Assembly: GCF_018977255.1 (NCBI RefSeq)
Contig: NW_024704751.1
Span: forward strand, 14,198,001 to 14,262,000
Reading direction: 5' to 3'
Source: Callorhinchus milii
Lineage: Eukaryota
Length of the DNA: 64,000 nt
Under the pieces are notes generated by a model that saw nothing but the letters and a program-made list of their open reading frames with translations, did not search any database and was not told the origin of the DNA. Positions 51,401-64,000 of the stretch are shown piece after piece (the stretch's first letter is position 1; every line of letters begins with the position of its first letter). The position numbers and the translations under genes are program-made.

Positions 51401-54400
51401 CTTACTGTTCCTCCATTGGTAGACGCGCTTTCAGCCACTACACCTCAAAACTCTATCCCTCAACACCTTCCTTCCCCATCATCAGGTCAAGCCTGAAGAC
51501 CTCCGATCTGACCGTGCCGACGGTCACCTCTTCCCCCCAGCTCGGGGCTGTGCTCTGCCACTGTCAAGCAGTCTGGGATGCTACCTTTCTTGAGGGGTGT
51601 TATATAAATGCATGTTGTTGTTACTGCTAGGTGAAAAGAGGCGTGTGGAGTAACAAAGCTTACTCTTTGTAAGCTTTGTTAAGCAACAGGGTTTTGCCCT
51701 GTCCGGAAATCAAACCCAGGTCCTCTTGCTTGCGAGGCGAGCGCACTAACCGCTAAGCTACAATACGCCACTGTTTCTCACAAATGAAAATCCTCAAAAC
51801 TTTCTAAGAAATCCTCAAAAGCAAACTACACAAGAGTAGATGGTGCCACAAAGACGTGAAACAGCACGCAACTGCAGGCAAGAGTGGGAATTGATTGAGG
51901 ATACAGATCGCAAGAGGCTGGCCACGTGGGGACACCGTCACCAACGGATGCAAACAAATCAAAGCTCTTAAGGGTTTTTCCTAAAGCTTTCATTTCAATC
52001 ACACAAAGCTTAATTTGCTAGAGTTCCTTGCAAAATACAAGTTAGTGCAACAACAAGGATAATGAAGAGAAGACATTTCAACGTTGGTTTAAAGTCTGTT
52101 ATTAAGGTTTGATAACAGGTTAGTGTTCGGGCAATTAACAGACTACACCGTAAATTACATTTCCATCACTGTGTTGATACTGCAGAGGGGGTTCTAAAGA
52201 AAAATAAAAGTTCTGAAAAATGCCCCCCCACCAATAATGACTAATATACATCCATCTGTCACTCAGTGATATAAGCAATACGTATCCTGAATTTTACCAA
52301 CAATGACAATGGAGCAACACAGCAGCAGGAACCCAACTCTTGCATCTTCTGTGTCCTTAAATGACCGCAAACCAAGGAGATGGAGCTTTCAAAGCAGTTA
52401 CATTACACAGTAGTTTGTTACAAAGATTCCCTTATGCTTTTCATAAAACTGGCCTTGATGCCTTTGGGCTGGGGAAAAGCGAGAGAGAGTGAGTGTGTCT
52501 GTGTGTGTGTAGGGGGTTTGGGATTGGTGGAAACAAAACCTTCCCGCTCTCACTGCAGCATTTAATTTGCAAGAAAAATATCAAGTTGGTGGAAACTTAC
52601 CTTCAACTGGATTAATGACATTGCACGAAGGATGTAAAGTTACCATAAATGCAATAAGTATCACATAGCAAAGTGGAAAACTGGTGATGTATTACATCAT
52701 TTGCTTAAGACCTTTCCTGCATTCATATGGTGCCTAAACAAATCTCGACCAAAACCATCACAACTGGATGACAAATACCACATGTTGCCAAATGAGACCC
52801 AAAGACACATGTGCTCAGCTAACCATTCCAGAACTACGGAACAGTATAAATCCCCCTCTTTTGCGCAAAGAACACCTGTGAAATGATTCCATGGAGAATC
52901 ATTTCTATTTAAGGCGTTTCTAAAAAGTGCACACCATATTGCAGGTAGACAATGTCAGCTTGGTTTACACGAGGGGCACTAAAATAAAACCATGATTGTG
53001 GAAATATTACCAATAATTGCTTAAACACAAATGATTAAGCGCGTTTTGAACCAAATGAGCGGTTTCCACACTTTGATTTTAAGTAACAAACAGAATTTGT
53101 CAGAACCCATGGAGGCCATTTGACCCATTGTGTCTGTAACACTGTCACCTGTTTTATTCCAAGTTAATTTTTTGTGAGATGTCTCAAAGCGCTTCACTGA
53201 ATATACTGTAAAGTGAAATTTCTGTATATTTTGTGGACAAATTGCGCACAGCAGTGTCCCATAAGCAGTCGAGGAAAATTAAATAAAATAAATCAATTGG
53301 TACCCATATTCCTCAATGTTTTTACAGTTCACGTGTTTATCCAGTTACAAAAATGATCATATTTAATAAGAAATGATTAATTAGCAACAGCTTTCCAATA
53401 ATTCATTCATTGAACATTATATACAATAAAACAGAGTTTTGGGTCAATTCGAGCATTTATGCTTCAATGTGTTGCCTGAGCTAACATTTAACACTAATTC
53501 TATGATCAATGTCTCCGTCAAACACTACCAAGGAAACGGGCCCAGTTGGTTTTAGAGCAAGTCAGGTCTGTTGGGGAATAGCACAGAAAATGTATGATTC
53601 TAGTTTTTCAATGCACCCACCAAAGTTCAGAAAAACTAACCTCTGCTAAGAAAATGCTGCAACGTGATTTTACTACACTCACTCGGTGATTATTTTAAAC
53701 TCTTTCTTGATTTGAGTTCACAAACTAAAGCTATAAGCTCCACACCATAACATTCTCATTCACATCAGTACATCAATACTGTTCTGCTCTGCAGCAAGCT
53801 ACGCTGGCCTCATTTACACGGGATTCCCGTAAAGGTTAATATTGATAAAGGATTACAGGTTCTATAGATCTGATTTAGACAGAAACGGAGGGTAATAGCG
53901 ATGCCATTTGCCAATGTTCACATTACCAACCATACATTACCAACCATACTGCAATTGCAAGTTGCAGTATGCATCAACCCAATGAGCAAAAATGACATGT
54001 AACTCTACCTTTGGGCCTCGGCATTTTGTAGGCCAGAGCAGCACCAGTTATTAGCCTACATTACAAGTTATTTTCCAGAGTTGATTATGTATCAGGGTTA
54101 CATCCAATTAAAACAAAAAGGGCATGTCACTATGGTGTAAGAGGGAACAGGAGCAGAATTCAATCTCTCTTGTTCAATTCCACAAACAGTCTCAAAGTTT
54201 CTCGAAGGATGCGGCATGTACCAGGCCAAAACCAATTTCCGTAGTTTTGTCAATACACATATCAAGCAAATCATTTAAAAACATTAACATAGACTTTATT
54301 CTGTAATATTTTATGGTGTGGGGAAGAGAAAAATAATCAGTTCAAGCACTAAACTGATTATGATCTAGCAGCAAAAACAATAATAAATTGGTCATTTTCA

Positions 54401-57163
54401 ATCTACGACTGTTTGTGGGACATTGCTGTGCGCAATTGGCTGCCGCGTTCGCCCACAAATATACAGTCAATTCACTTTACAGTGTGTTCTGTGAAGTGCT
54501 TTGGGACGTCCTCCCGACATGAAAAGCGCTATATCAAATGCAAGGATTATTATGATTATTATTTTTAAAAATGGCATACGGGAAAAATATCCATAAAATA
54601 ATAATATTCTTATTATTAAAATAACCATATATTTTTTGTGTTCTGCACTTCAAACTGCTATTGTACATTCTGAGACCATATCTTTCGTGCAGAACTCACT
54701 CTATTGTGACATTTTGGAAGTTCTATTCGAATGACCTGAAGAAAGGGGTGGGGGGGTGGGGGAAGGAGGAGAGCAATCTCCTCAGCCTTCACTCATTCAT
54801 GGTATCGCTGGACCAGAACTTCAAAATGTCACATGGAGGAAGAAGTTCTGCACAAAATGTCTGCTCCCAAGCATACAGAATGAAATACAAAGATTACAGA
54901 AAGATCAGAGAAAGTTACAGAAGCCTCTGCGTATAAGATTTAAAACACTGGTGCAGCATGCAGTGCACTACTTCTGCATTCTTGAAAATCAATTTTTGTT
55001 GTAAATAGTTTAATTTAGCTTGTAAATTTCAATTGCAATTATAGGCTGCATAGTACATAAACAGTTGGTTCCTGAGATAACAATGAACAAGAATATTTCT
55101 GAAATACAGCACGTCACTTTTGTGTTGCAAGCAATCTCTGGGCATCTCAGCTGTGCTTCACAAGAATTTTTTTCACATAAACTTCATAATACTGTATTTA
55201 TTTGCTTTGCTCTCGGTTCAGAGGAGAGTAAGCAGCAATACAGCACACTCGTTTCTCATGTCTGTCAACTTGCAAACTTATAAATGTCAATTAGCAAGAA
55301 CCAGTTAGTAGAGGACCAGTACACTGAATTCAATGTTACCTCTATTACAATGCAAACAAGGGCAGAATAGCAGTTAGGAATGGCTTCAAGTCAGAAATGC
55401 AATACTTACATTAAAGAAAACAAAATCAATGATACCCCCAAGACGACAAGAAAAATGTCACCCTGCTAAACGAACACTTTGCTAATACGATTGCGAATAA
55501 CATTCTAAGCAAAAATAGGCAGGCCACCGATTTTTTTTTTAAAAAAATCAAGCAGTGATATAACTCCAGTAACTTGCAATCGAATTAAATAAGAGGTTTT
55601 TAAACAGCTGATAGTCGGGAATGATTTGGGAACTCGTATGATAAGAAAAGTCTTGCACGTTTCAAAAATAGAAAGAGCAGCACACACACACACACACACA
55701 CACGTAAAATGTGACCAATAACAACGACGAAATTAATCGCCATTAGCCCAATAATCAACAAAGTCCTTCAAGTTCCGTTTTTGTGAACCCATTGACATGT
55801 AAACGTTTCTCACACCCCCTTTCAAAAAAAATATATACACTGCAGAACTCCTCAGTGCTGAGCACCGTAATACGGTATATAAACAAATGCAATTCTACAT
55901 AATTGACACACAAGAGCCGCAATGTGTTTATTAAACGATCTGAGCCAAGAAGAGTCGACACGAGTACCACCCACCGCTCTCCGAAACAACGAAACGGGGC
56001 AGTTTCCGAAGCTAAAAGGGTCTTTTTTTTGTGTGTTTTAATTTTTTTTAAAAAAAAATATAAGGCACAGAGTCCGCCGCGAATGTCAGTGGATTTAAAC
56101 CGCTTTCATATTTTAAAATGTTTTCTATTTACGGATCAATTAAAAAAAATGAAACGCTGCCCTTTGAAAGGACTGGGACTGGGTGTGAAAAGGGAGGGGG
56201 GTGGGGGGGGGGGGGAGAGGAGAAGTGGGGGTTTGTGTGGGGTTGTATGGGGGGGAAGGGGGGGGGGGTCTTTGTGATCCTGGTCGTTGATGTTGCCCCT
56301 TATGGGGTTAAAAATGACCGGTGGGTTACTGTAAACGATGCTCTCTGGCTATTGTTCGGCTGAGAGGTGCTGAAATAGGACTGGGGGGGGGCGGGCGGGG
56401 GGGGGGACGGACACATTTAACTGTTGACTGGTCCGTATCCTTTGGCGCGTTAAGGCAACAACAACAACAACAACAAACGGCTTTTTCTTTCTGTGTGGGG
56501 GCGATAACTGGGGGGGGGGGGGGAGAGGAGGGAGGGGGTGTGTTCAGCTGTTAACCCCCAACACCACCACCACCACCAGCGAGAGCTGCGTTTATTCATC
56601 AGTGAGGGCCCGGGGGGAAAGCCCAGGGGAGGGAGTGAAGGAGCGAGGGGGGAGGGAGTGAGGAGAGAGAGAGGAGAGAGAGGGGGGGGGAGTGAGGGGA
56701 GGGGGGAGTGAGGGGAGGGTGTTTATGCGGATTACTCGAGTCGCGGTGGGCGAGGAGGAGAGAGAGAGAGAGAGATGGGGGAGCCCCTGCAGCCCCTTCC
56801 TCAGGGCTCCGCGGCCTACTCTGCCGCCCGCTCCCTCCCTCACTCACTCACTCCCCTCGTTCCACCATCCTTTGTACGGGCGTTTGATTACATTCAAGTT
56901 GCCTCTCTTTTTTTTTGGAGGGGGGGGGAGGGGGCGAGAGACTATATATATATATACACACACACACACTCACAAACATACATAGTATATATATATATTT
57001 GTCTCTCTCTCTCTCTCTGGTTTACCTGGCAGAAGTGCTGGCAGTATTGGGAGGAGGAGGACTCGGACGCGCCGCCGCCGCCCCCCCTGCACAGCTCGCG
57101 GTGGATGAGGTGCAGCCGCTCGCTGACGGGCCGCGGGCCCCGCTCGCTCTCCTCGTCCGCCAT
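33434..57163 (-). CDS. RLF: Zinc finger protein Rlf (RLF/ZNF292 family), about 2146 aa, 8 exons
   Basis: Exons 57163-57026, 45892-45744, 44526-44445, 43740-43605, 43153-42951, 42439-42303, 40279-40138, 38887-33434 (5.4-kb terminal exon with many C2H2 fingers); phases consistent. RLF-type motifs DCKEVLDIICNLESEGQENTAF, LLLALKAHWPFDPEFWDWKTLKRHC and C-terminus ELCVGSS. Synteny with TMCO2 and ZMPSTE24. Confidence 0.95.
44840..45225 (+). mobile_element. CR1-type LINE 3' fragment (decayed)
   Basis: GAGGTCTTCAAAATT..., AGCAAGGGGGCACAAACTCAAGATT..., TTTAAAAGGGAGTTTGA... resemble the recalled CR1 RT C-terminus and 3' UTR. Confidence 0.55.
49190..49460 (-). mobile_element. tRNA-derived SINE, short subfamily, head truncated by an L2 fragment (about 49480-49580)
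   Basis: Near identity with 20582-20850, followed by GCCTTCAGCCACTATACCCTGAAATTGTGGAACTC (L2-like). Confidence 0.8.
51163..51770 (-). mobile_element. tRNA-derived SINE (long) with nested L2 3' fragment (51408-51620, + strand)
   Basis: SINE halves flank an L2-like segment bounded by TTACTG direct repeats (51402-51407 and 51621-51626). Confidence 0.8.
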
Positions 57164-57570
57164 CTTCCCTCTGCACTGCTGCGCGTAGTCAGCGTCACGT
57201 GACCGCGGCTGTGGGGGGGGGGCGGGCGGGCGGCTCGTCCCCGCTCGCTCGCTCGCTCGGTCGCGCGCGCGCACGCACGCACGCGCCTCCCTCTCTTCCC
57301 CCCCACCACCACACACACACACACACGAGCGCGCGCGCGCCGAACTTCTGCGTCTGACTCGAAGCGCGACCCCGCCACGGGGGGGGGGGGGACGACGACG
57401 AAGGCGGCGGCGCGCGCGCGCGCAGAGAGAGAGCGAGAGAGCGAGAGCGCGCGTGACCTCCCCCCCCCGCCTTTGTGACGTCGCCGCCCGTGACCCGCGC
57501 CTTCTTATGACGTCATAGCCCCCCCCCACGCACTTGCGCCAAAGGCGGTCGCGGACGCTCAAAGAGGGAC
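57030..57570 (-). promoter_or_regulatory. CpG-island promoter / 5' end of RLF
   Basis: Very CpG-rich. Palindromic CRE TATGACGTCATA 57506-57517, near-CRE TGACGTCG 57476-57483, palindromic E-box GTCACGTGAC 57194-57203, YY1-type AAGATGGCGG spanning the ATG. Confidence 0.75.
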
Positions 57571-59419
57571 CGACTTTATAATCTATGATATTTATTGTAT
57601 AGAGAGCGAGAGGAAGGTACGGGTTTATAGTATGGATTCTATAAGGTTCACGGGGGGAGGGGGAGGGAGGGTGTGTGTTGTTGTTGTGGTGGTGGTGGTG
57701 GGGGGAGAACCCCTATGGATTCACCGCCTGAGGAACGCTCTGAAGAACGTTTTGGACACTCAGAGCAACTTCTGGTGGACACTGTGCAATGGTGGGCGGT
57801 GGGTGGGGGGGGAATCCTGTGGCTTTACGGCTGCAGAGGGATAGTGTAGGTTCGCAGTGAGGGAGTGGACATGTCCGGCGCCTTGGGACGTCCTCCCCGG
57901 TGGTGGAAGGCGCTTATAACGCACGTGACTTCGCTGTGATGCGGATTCAAGGTGTGTGTGTGTGTGTGGAGCGTATATGATGATATCATAATTAATAATA
58001 ATAATAATAAAAATGAGCGTGTAGGATTCTCAGGGTGAGGATGTATGAATTCGCAGTGTGACAAACGTCTAGATTCGTGTTGTGCTGACTGTACAGGACT
58101 CAAACCAGCTTGTCCAGGTTTAGAGTCGACGCGTGGAGTCCATTGGAGCCTCTCCATCTCGCCTGGAGCCTGAATCAAAACATTACAGAAAATACAGGTG
58201 CCTCCCTCATCACCATAGGGGGCGGCGATACCTATCCCACAAAGCACAGAATGCCTCACTTTTCGACTTTGATTTCATCTCTGGGCTTTTAAGAGCTGGA
58301 TCGACCACGACAAGCAGCCCAACCCAATATATATATGTATATATATATACTGGGAATTCATGATGGAGTGTAATTGTCGCCGGTGCACTGTAGAGATTGC
58401 TCAAGTGTTGAAGCTGACCTTATGTTGCACTCTGCTAATGACCATTGTGCTAGAAAAGAAACCGGGATGCCAAATTGTTTCAAAGGAACACGGTAAGTCA
58501 CTGGGTCTGTAAATCACATTCTTGGAAACTAGACCCAACTGCCTACGTGTAAAACAAATCTTAAAAGATTGGCGTAGGAACTCCACGTTGAATGTGTCCA
58601 AATCCAGCGCCCCCTCAACGACCCCTTGAACTGTTGAAAGGAAGAACAAAGTGAAGCCAGAGCAGAGAGTAAAACACAGTCCAACTGCAAGTGAATCAAG
58701 CAGTTAGTGACAGAAAGTGCTGGTACAGTTATGTGATAAGATCGCCTGCCCTCTTCCTCCCCCCGTGCAGCTGCAGAATGTAATGAGATACGCGGTTTTC
58801 GGAGATCAGCAAAACCCAAAGCCCACGCGAGGAGAATTGCAGGTGCGACGTTTTTTGTGCCAACGGCACAATATATAAAAAAAATAAAACGCGAGGAAGA
58901 CTCATTTTCATCTGCAATACATACGGTTAGCAAAGAGGGCGATACACTGCAGAGACCCTGGGTTTCTAAACGCTCTTCCAAGAGGAAAAAGTAAGAGTTC
59001 CTCTCGCACGAAAAAAAGGCTTATTTTCAGGGATGAAAACATAATGTTTTTGCTAAATGTCCTTGCGGATTTGAGTCAATTTGACTCGTTAGCTGCAAAT
59101 ATTGCACGGTTTTACAACGAACAGTTGCATTCGGGCAATTGTCACGTTATTTGCAAACTTGAATCCCATTTCATTTCACTTTTGATTTTCCCCCTCCAAA
59201 GTCACACATCTCGTTGCATTAATTCCCCTGACATCGAATGTGGTTGAAATAACGCAACCAATTGCAAACCGAGGAGGAGGAGGAGGAAGAGGAGGAAAGG
59301 GAGGAGGAGGAGGGGTAAAAAAAATACAGATTTAAAAAAACAAGTGACCGTAAAAATCAAAGGCTCTGAATGAATCATCGCAACACAGACTCGCACAGAG
59401 AGAGTGAGTGAGTGAGTGA

Positions 59420-59720
59420 TTGACAGGAGGGATCACGTGGTCCGTCAGGGCTCGCTGACCTTTAGCCCCCGAGACCCGGAAGCAGTCGGGGTTGGCGGCG
59501 ACTCGGGCCCGGAGCGGAGCCTCGGAGTTGGGTGAGTTTCTGTCCCCGCGTCTTCCAGGCGCTGCCGGGCGGCCCTGGCTGGGTTGGGGGTACCCCTTCC
59601 CTGCCTCTCGGGGGAGGGGTGTGTGTGTGTGGGGGGGGGAGGGGGTGTTAATTCTCCCCGAGGCGCCGGTTTGAGCAAAAAAAACCACTAGGCCTCGTTG
59701 CGACTGTTAGGCCTCAGTCT
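59420..59720 (+). promoter_or_regulatory. CpG-island promoter and probable non-coding first exon of ZNF593
   Basis: CpG-rich; E-box CACGTG 59434-59439, ETS motif CCGGAAG 59476-59482, splice donor TGG|GTGAGT at 59531/59532. Confidence 0.65.
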
Positions 59721-60797
59721 CTCCCGAGGACCTGCCCGACAATCTCCTGCATTAAGTCCCTCACTCACTCACTCGCTCACTCACTTACTTCCCCCCCTCC
59801 TCTGTTGGCGGGCGAGTCCCCCCCCGTCCCTGGGCACACAATTGGCTGCCGAGTTCGCCCACAGACCGCGCGCGCACACATCACCCTCGAGCGATAATAA
59901 TAATAATAACAACAACGACGACAACGACGACCACGACGACGACCACGACAATAGCGATCCTTGCGTTTGATACCGCGCCTCAGCCCGTCTTCGAGACCGC
60001 CCCGAAGCGCTTCGCGCAATATTATTCTTCGCCGTGAAGTGAATTAACAATGTTACAGTCCGTCCCCACCCCCCCCCCCCCCCTCCCCCACCCCCACCCC
60101 CGGGGTCTTTCAGGCAACAACAACAACAACTTGGGTTTGCGTAGCGTCACCTCACTCATGTCATTGAGACATCTCAAAGCGCTTCAGAGGATATAGCGGA
60201 TTGACTGTATCGATGACAGTCCGTCCGGGCTGGTGCAGTGCTCCAGCACATCGCCGGGGTGTCCCTTTTTGGGGACTCTGACCCCCTGCACTGGCCCTCT
60301 TCACGCAGACGTGATGGGAGGTCCCGCCACACTGTTCGTAAAGAGAAGGGAGTTTCTCCCCCAATGTCCTGACCGGAAATCCCGCCAGATTGAAGGTTGT
60401 GCGTGGGCCGTTGGCCGCCTTCGAACACAGTCACTACACTCGGCAGCACTTACCATCAAGGGTTTTGAGACATTTCAGGCCCCTATTCTCTCCCCCACCC
60501 CCTCAGCTCAAGATACCAGTCGCAGTGGGTGAAGTGCTTTGAATCGTCTTCCTGACCTGAAAGACAGCGTATCAGATGCAAGGATTTGATTTAATGTATT
60601 CCAAATGATTATCAAAACCTTGTTTATGGATATTGTCCATAGGGAAGTTTTTTCCCTTTAATAATGTTGACTTTTATTCATAGTTTATTTGTGAAGCATT
60701 TATTTATACTTTGAACCCTGTAAAATGATCAATATTTGAATGATCAAAGAGGGATTATTTCTGCCCGTTTCCTTCAAAGGATTAATCATCAGGGAAA

Positions 60798-62376
60798 ATG
60801 GGTAAATCAAAGCAGACGCGGAACCACAACAGTGACAAGAAGAAAAATATCTCCAAAATGTGGAAAACAAAAAGGCGAACAAAAGATTTAGACGAGATTC
60901 ACAAGGACATGGAAGCTGCAAATGCTCAGAAATTACTGCACCAAGCAGTAAACTTCGACGTGACAGGCAACGCTCAGTTCTATTGCTTACATTGCGCGTA
61001 AGTAGCCATTAATACCTTTGATGAATAATTTATTCTCTATCTCAAGATCAATTAATAATCCTATGAAGGAGTGAATTATTTATCTTCTGCGAGCTGAGGA
61101 GCTTCCACAAACTTCTCTCTTTCTCTCTGGGGTCCATTGTGACAGTTTTATCACTCAAAAAAATCATTTTTATTTTAAAATCTACTTGAATTGATTGCAT
61201 CGCCAGGGTGAGGGCTGCAGTACAGTACAATTTACACTTGTTTAGGGGTTTTCACATGGAGTAGACATCTCAAAGCTACTGCTGCCCTTCGGACGGGACA
61301 CAATACTGTGGTCTAGTCTGTGCCTTTGCTTCAGGTGGACATTAAAGATCCTGTGACACTATTAAAACACAGAATGGAGTTTCTTCCGATGTCCTGACAT
61401 CCAGATAAATTGGTCATTCCATTCACTTCATCGCTGTTTGTGATTCCTTACGCTCTGTCAAATTGGCTGCTGGGTTTGCTGACAAATGTGCAGTCACTAG
61501 ACTTGACAGCTGTTCTCTGTGAAGCAGTTTGAGATTGTGAGTGTTCAAGTCCTAGTAGTACCAAAAGATTAACCAAGTTGAAACTAAATCAGCATTTTAT
61601 TCACCAAACGAACATAAAATTCACATCCAAATAACTTTGCCTTTTTGTACCTTTACACATGGTATTGCCTCGGCCCCGCTTTCAGCTAAATATTCCCACC
61701 CATTAGCCTTGGATCAGTTACCTCATTAGGACTTGTAATGCGGTCTCAACATTTCACATGCTTTGTTTAAAAGGATCCGCTTCCTCTTTTAATGTAGCAG
61801 TGCTTGAGCACAGCCTCTGAGACCACTCATGGAGTTTCCTGACTTTTCCTTATTCTGAGAGAGGCAGAATAATTAAAGGAGACGGCAGGAGAAAGAGAGA
61901 TGGGTCTGACTTGATCAGTGGATCTTAAATTTCTTCAGTTTTCTATTTTAATTCCGCAGGGTTTAAAACTTTTTTTGTTTTTTCATTTTTCCCCCTCACA
62001 GTCGGTACTTCATTGATCAGAGAAACCTCCAGGAACATTTTAAAACTAAAGTCCACAAAAGAAGGTACAGTAATGCCATTTTTTAAATACGTAAAGATCT
62101 TTGTAGTGCCTGGAATTTTGGCCTTAATGTGGAATGAAGCCAGTTGACTTGAGCTGAGTCAGCTAACAGACCAAAGATCCATGTGAAAGGAACTACTGGT
62201 TCCTGGCTCTTTAAACATTCATTCTCTATTTGTGGTTCTCTAGGCTCAAGCAGCTGAGTGAAGCGCCATACACCCAGGAAGAAGCTGAGCGAGCAGCGGG
62301 CATGGGCTCCTACACCCGTCCACAGAAAGTCACGGTCAGAACACAGCCAACCGAGGAAAACATGTCTGTGCAGTGA
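60798..62376 (+). CDS. ZNF593: Zinc finger protein 593 (Bud20 homologue), 131 aa, 3 coding exons
   Basis: Exons 60798-60997, 62002-62064, 62244-62376; motifs [26 protein letters not shown]...[30 protein letters not shown]. Acceptor at 60778-60779 upstream of the ATG implies a 5' non-coding exon. AATAAA at 62634-62639. Confidence 0.95.
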
Positions 62377-63710
62377 GGCCGGCTGCCGTCGGCGCCCTGA
62401 GCCGTTCTTTAGAAAACAAGACTTCTCTTTTAACGGTTTCCAATGTTGGTGTATGTCAGTAGTGTTTGGGACAGGTTCAATTTCCAGTTCAAAAACTTGC
62501 CAATGTGGACCCTGTCAAACTGACAGCCTGTCTTGAAGACCAGCCGTGAAGACTCGTTCTCTGAGTAGTAATTCGTGCAGCCCCCGTTCCCCACACAGGT
62601 GACCTACAATCAATCCTCTGTTTTCAGGGAAAAAATAAATTCTAGCGAGAATACCCTCAAACTTGTTTGTTTTCTGATTTGTAAAAACATAGGAATCCAC
62701 TTTGTATCTAATTGGTATTTGGAGGCGAACAGAAATCAAGGGGTGAAGTCATTGCTGAGTTTGTCTTTCTTTTTTGGGGGGTGGAGGGGGGTAAGGATGG
62801 GACTGTATCTCTGGTAGCACTGAAACTGCTTGCTTCACAAAGTCTCTGTCAAGTGTAGTGACTATCTGTAGGCGAACAGAGCAGCTATTTTTGGGCACAG
62901 CAAACAGCTGTGAGGTGAATGACCAGTTTAATTTACTTTCTCTTCAAATAGTACCACAAAACCTTTAACACCCACTGCACAGGTAGACGGAACCTCAGCT
63001 TATCGTTTGTGTTTCCATTAAGGGATGTGGGGCAAGAGCTGGAAAGCGTGATTTATTTTTTAATAAACGGCACAGTGGCATAGATGTGTGATATGCAGAA
63101 AATGGAAGAAAAATACTGTTTTTAGGAAGGCATCTCTGATAATGCAGCATTCTTCCTCCCTAGTCCTACCCCCCAGTACTGTACTGCACCGTCGGCTTCA
63201 ATTGCAACGTACACATCAATGGGTGAGCCTTTAAGCCATTCTGCCACTGCTCTCTGGAACAACACCTCTGCCTCACCCCCTCCCCAGTTTTAAAGCCTGT
63301 CTTTAGACCTATCTCGTGTACTGTGCTTTCGGTCATCTATTCCTTACAGATACATACACACACGGCTCGGGTGCCTGGTCAGCTGTATGAAGCACTCAGA
63401 GATGCCCTCCCGAAGTGAAAGGTATGCAAATTGTATGTTAACCGTGGCTGCCACTGACCCTATTAAACGAGTCTCGCGGTCGTGTTGCTTAAATTAACTG
63501 GAAGAAGCTGAGCTGCTGCCTGAGGGCGAATTCTACAACTTGGAAGAGCTTCTGTTATGGAGAATCAGCCACTGATAGGAATGAATAGTCTGGTTTATTA
63601 CTGCTCCAGCCTGAAGCGTTGAGCCCTGACCGAGAGAAGTTTGTGGAATCCTGTAGAGTAGGACCTGGGTTCGATTCCCACCCGGTTGGGGCAAAACCTT
63701 AGGCAATATA

Positions 63711-63905
63711 ATAATAATGATAATAATAATAATAATCCTTGTATTTGATATAGCGCTTTTCACGTCTTCTCGACATTTCAAAGCGCTTCACAGAATATGC
63801 TGTAAAGTGAATTGACTGTATATTTGTGGGCGAAACACGGCGGCCGACTGCGCACAGCGGCGTCCCCACAAACAGCCGTGGATTGAAAACGGCCAATTTG
63901 TTGTC
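63711..63905 (-). mobile_element. SINE 3' portion
   Basis: Reverse complement of the common SINE tail and body, with an (AAT)n end. Confidence 0.8.
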
Positions 63906-64000
63906 GCTTTTTGTAGGGTTTATTATTCGGACGAGTTTTAGACGTCCCGACGACGACGTGATAAGAACCCCGTATCAAACGCAAGGAGTATTACCGTTCT

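Noticed and set aside
1-64000. CRISPR arrays, rRNA genes, operons or intact transposase/RT genes
   Set aside because: The sequence is spliced eukaryotic DNA. Repeats are dispersed SINE/LINE fragments without regular spacers, and no long RT or transposase ORF is present.

Overview
Vertebrate genomic DNA, probably a cartilaginous fish (inferred from compact introns plus abundant L2/CR1 fragments, tRNA-derived SINEs and Deu-domain-like SINEs). It is syntenic to the human RLF-TMCO2-ZMPSTE24 block. Spliced genes reconstructed by hand with GT-AG boundaries and consistent phases: an intron-containing TMEM30B-like CDC50 gene (+, 7 coding exons, last intron U12-type), ZMPSTE24 (-, 10 exons), a DYNLT1/Tctex1-like dynein light chain (+, 5 exons), RLF (-, 8 exons) and ZNF593 (+, 3 coding exons). 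The most notable signal is three divergent two-exon genes encoding small transmembrane plus coiled-coil proteins that share a TMCO2-type motif: one syntenic orthologue and two inverted paralogues on either side of ZMPSTE24. Also noted: a speculative extra minus-strand gene at 5.8-8.3 kb, candidate poison/terminal exons in RLF, a TIR-bounded MITE, a perfect 16-bp hairpin, and two L2 insertions at nearly the same SINE position. Homology calls rest on recalled sequences; no database search was run.
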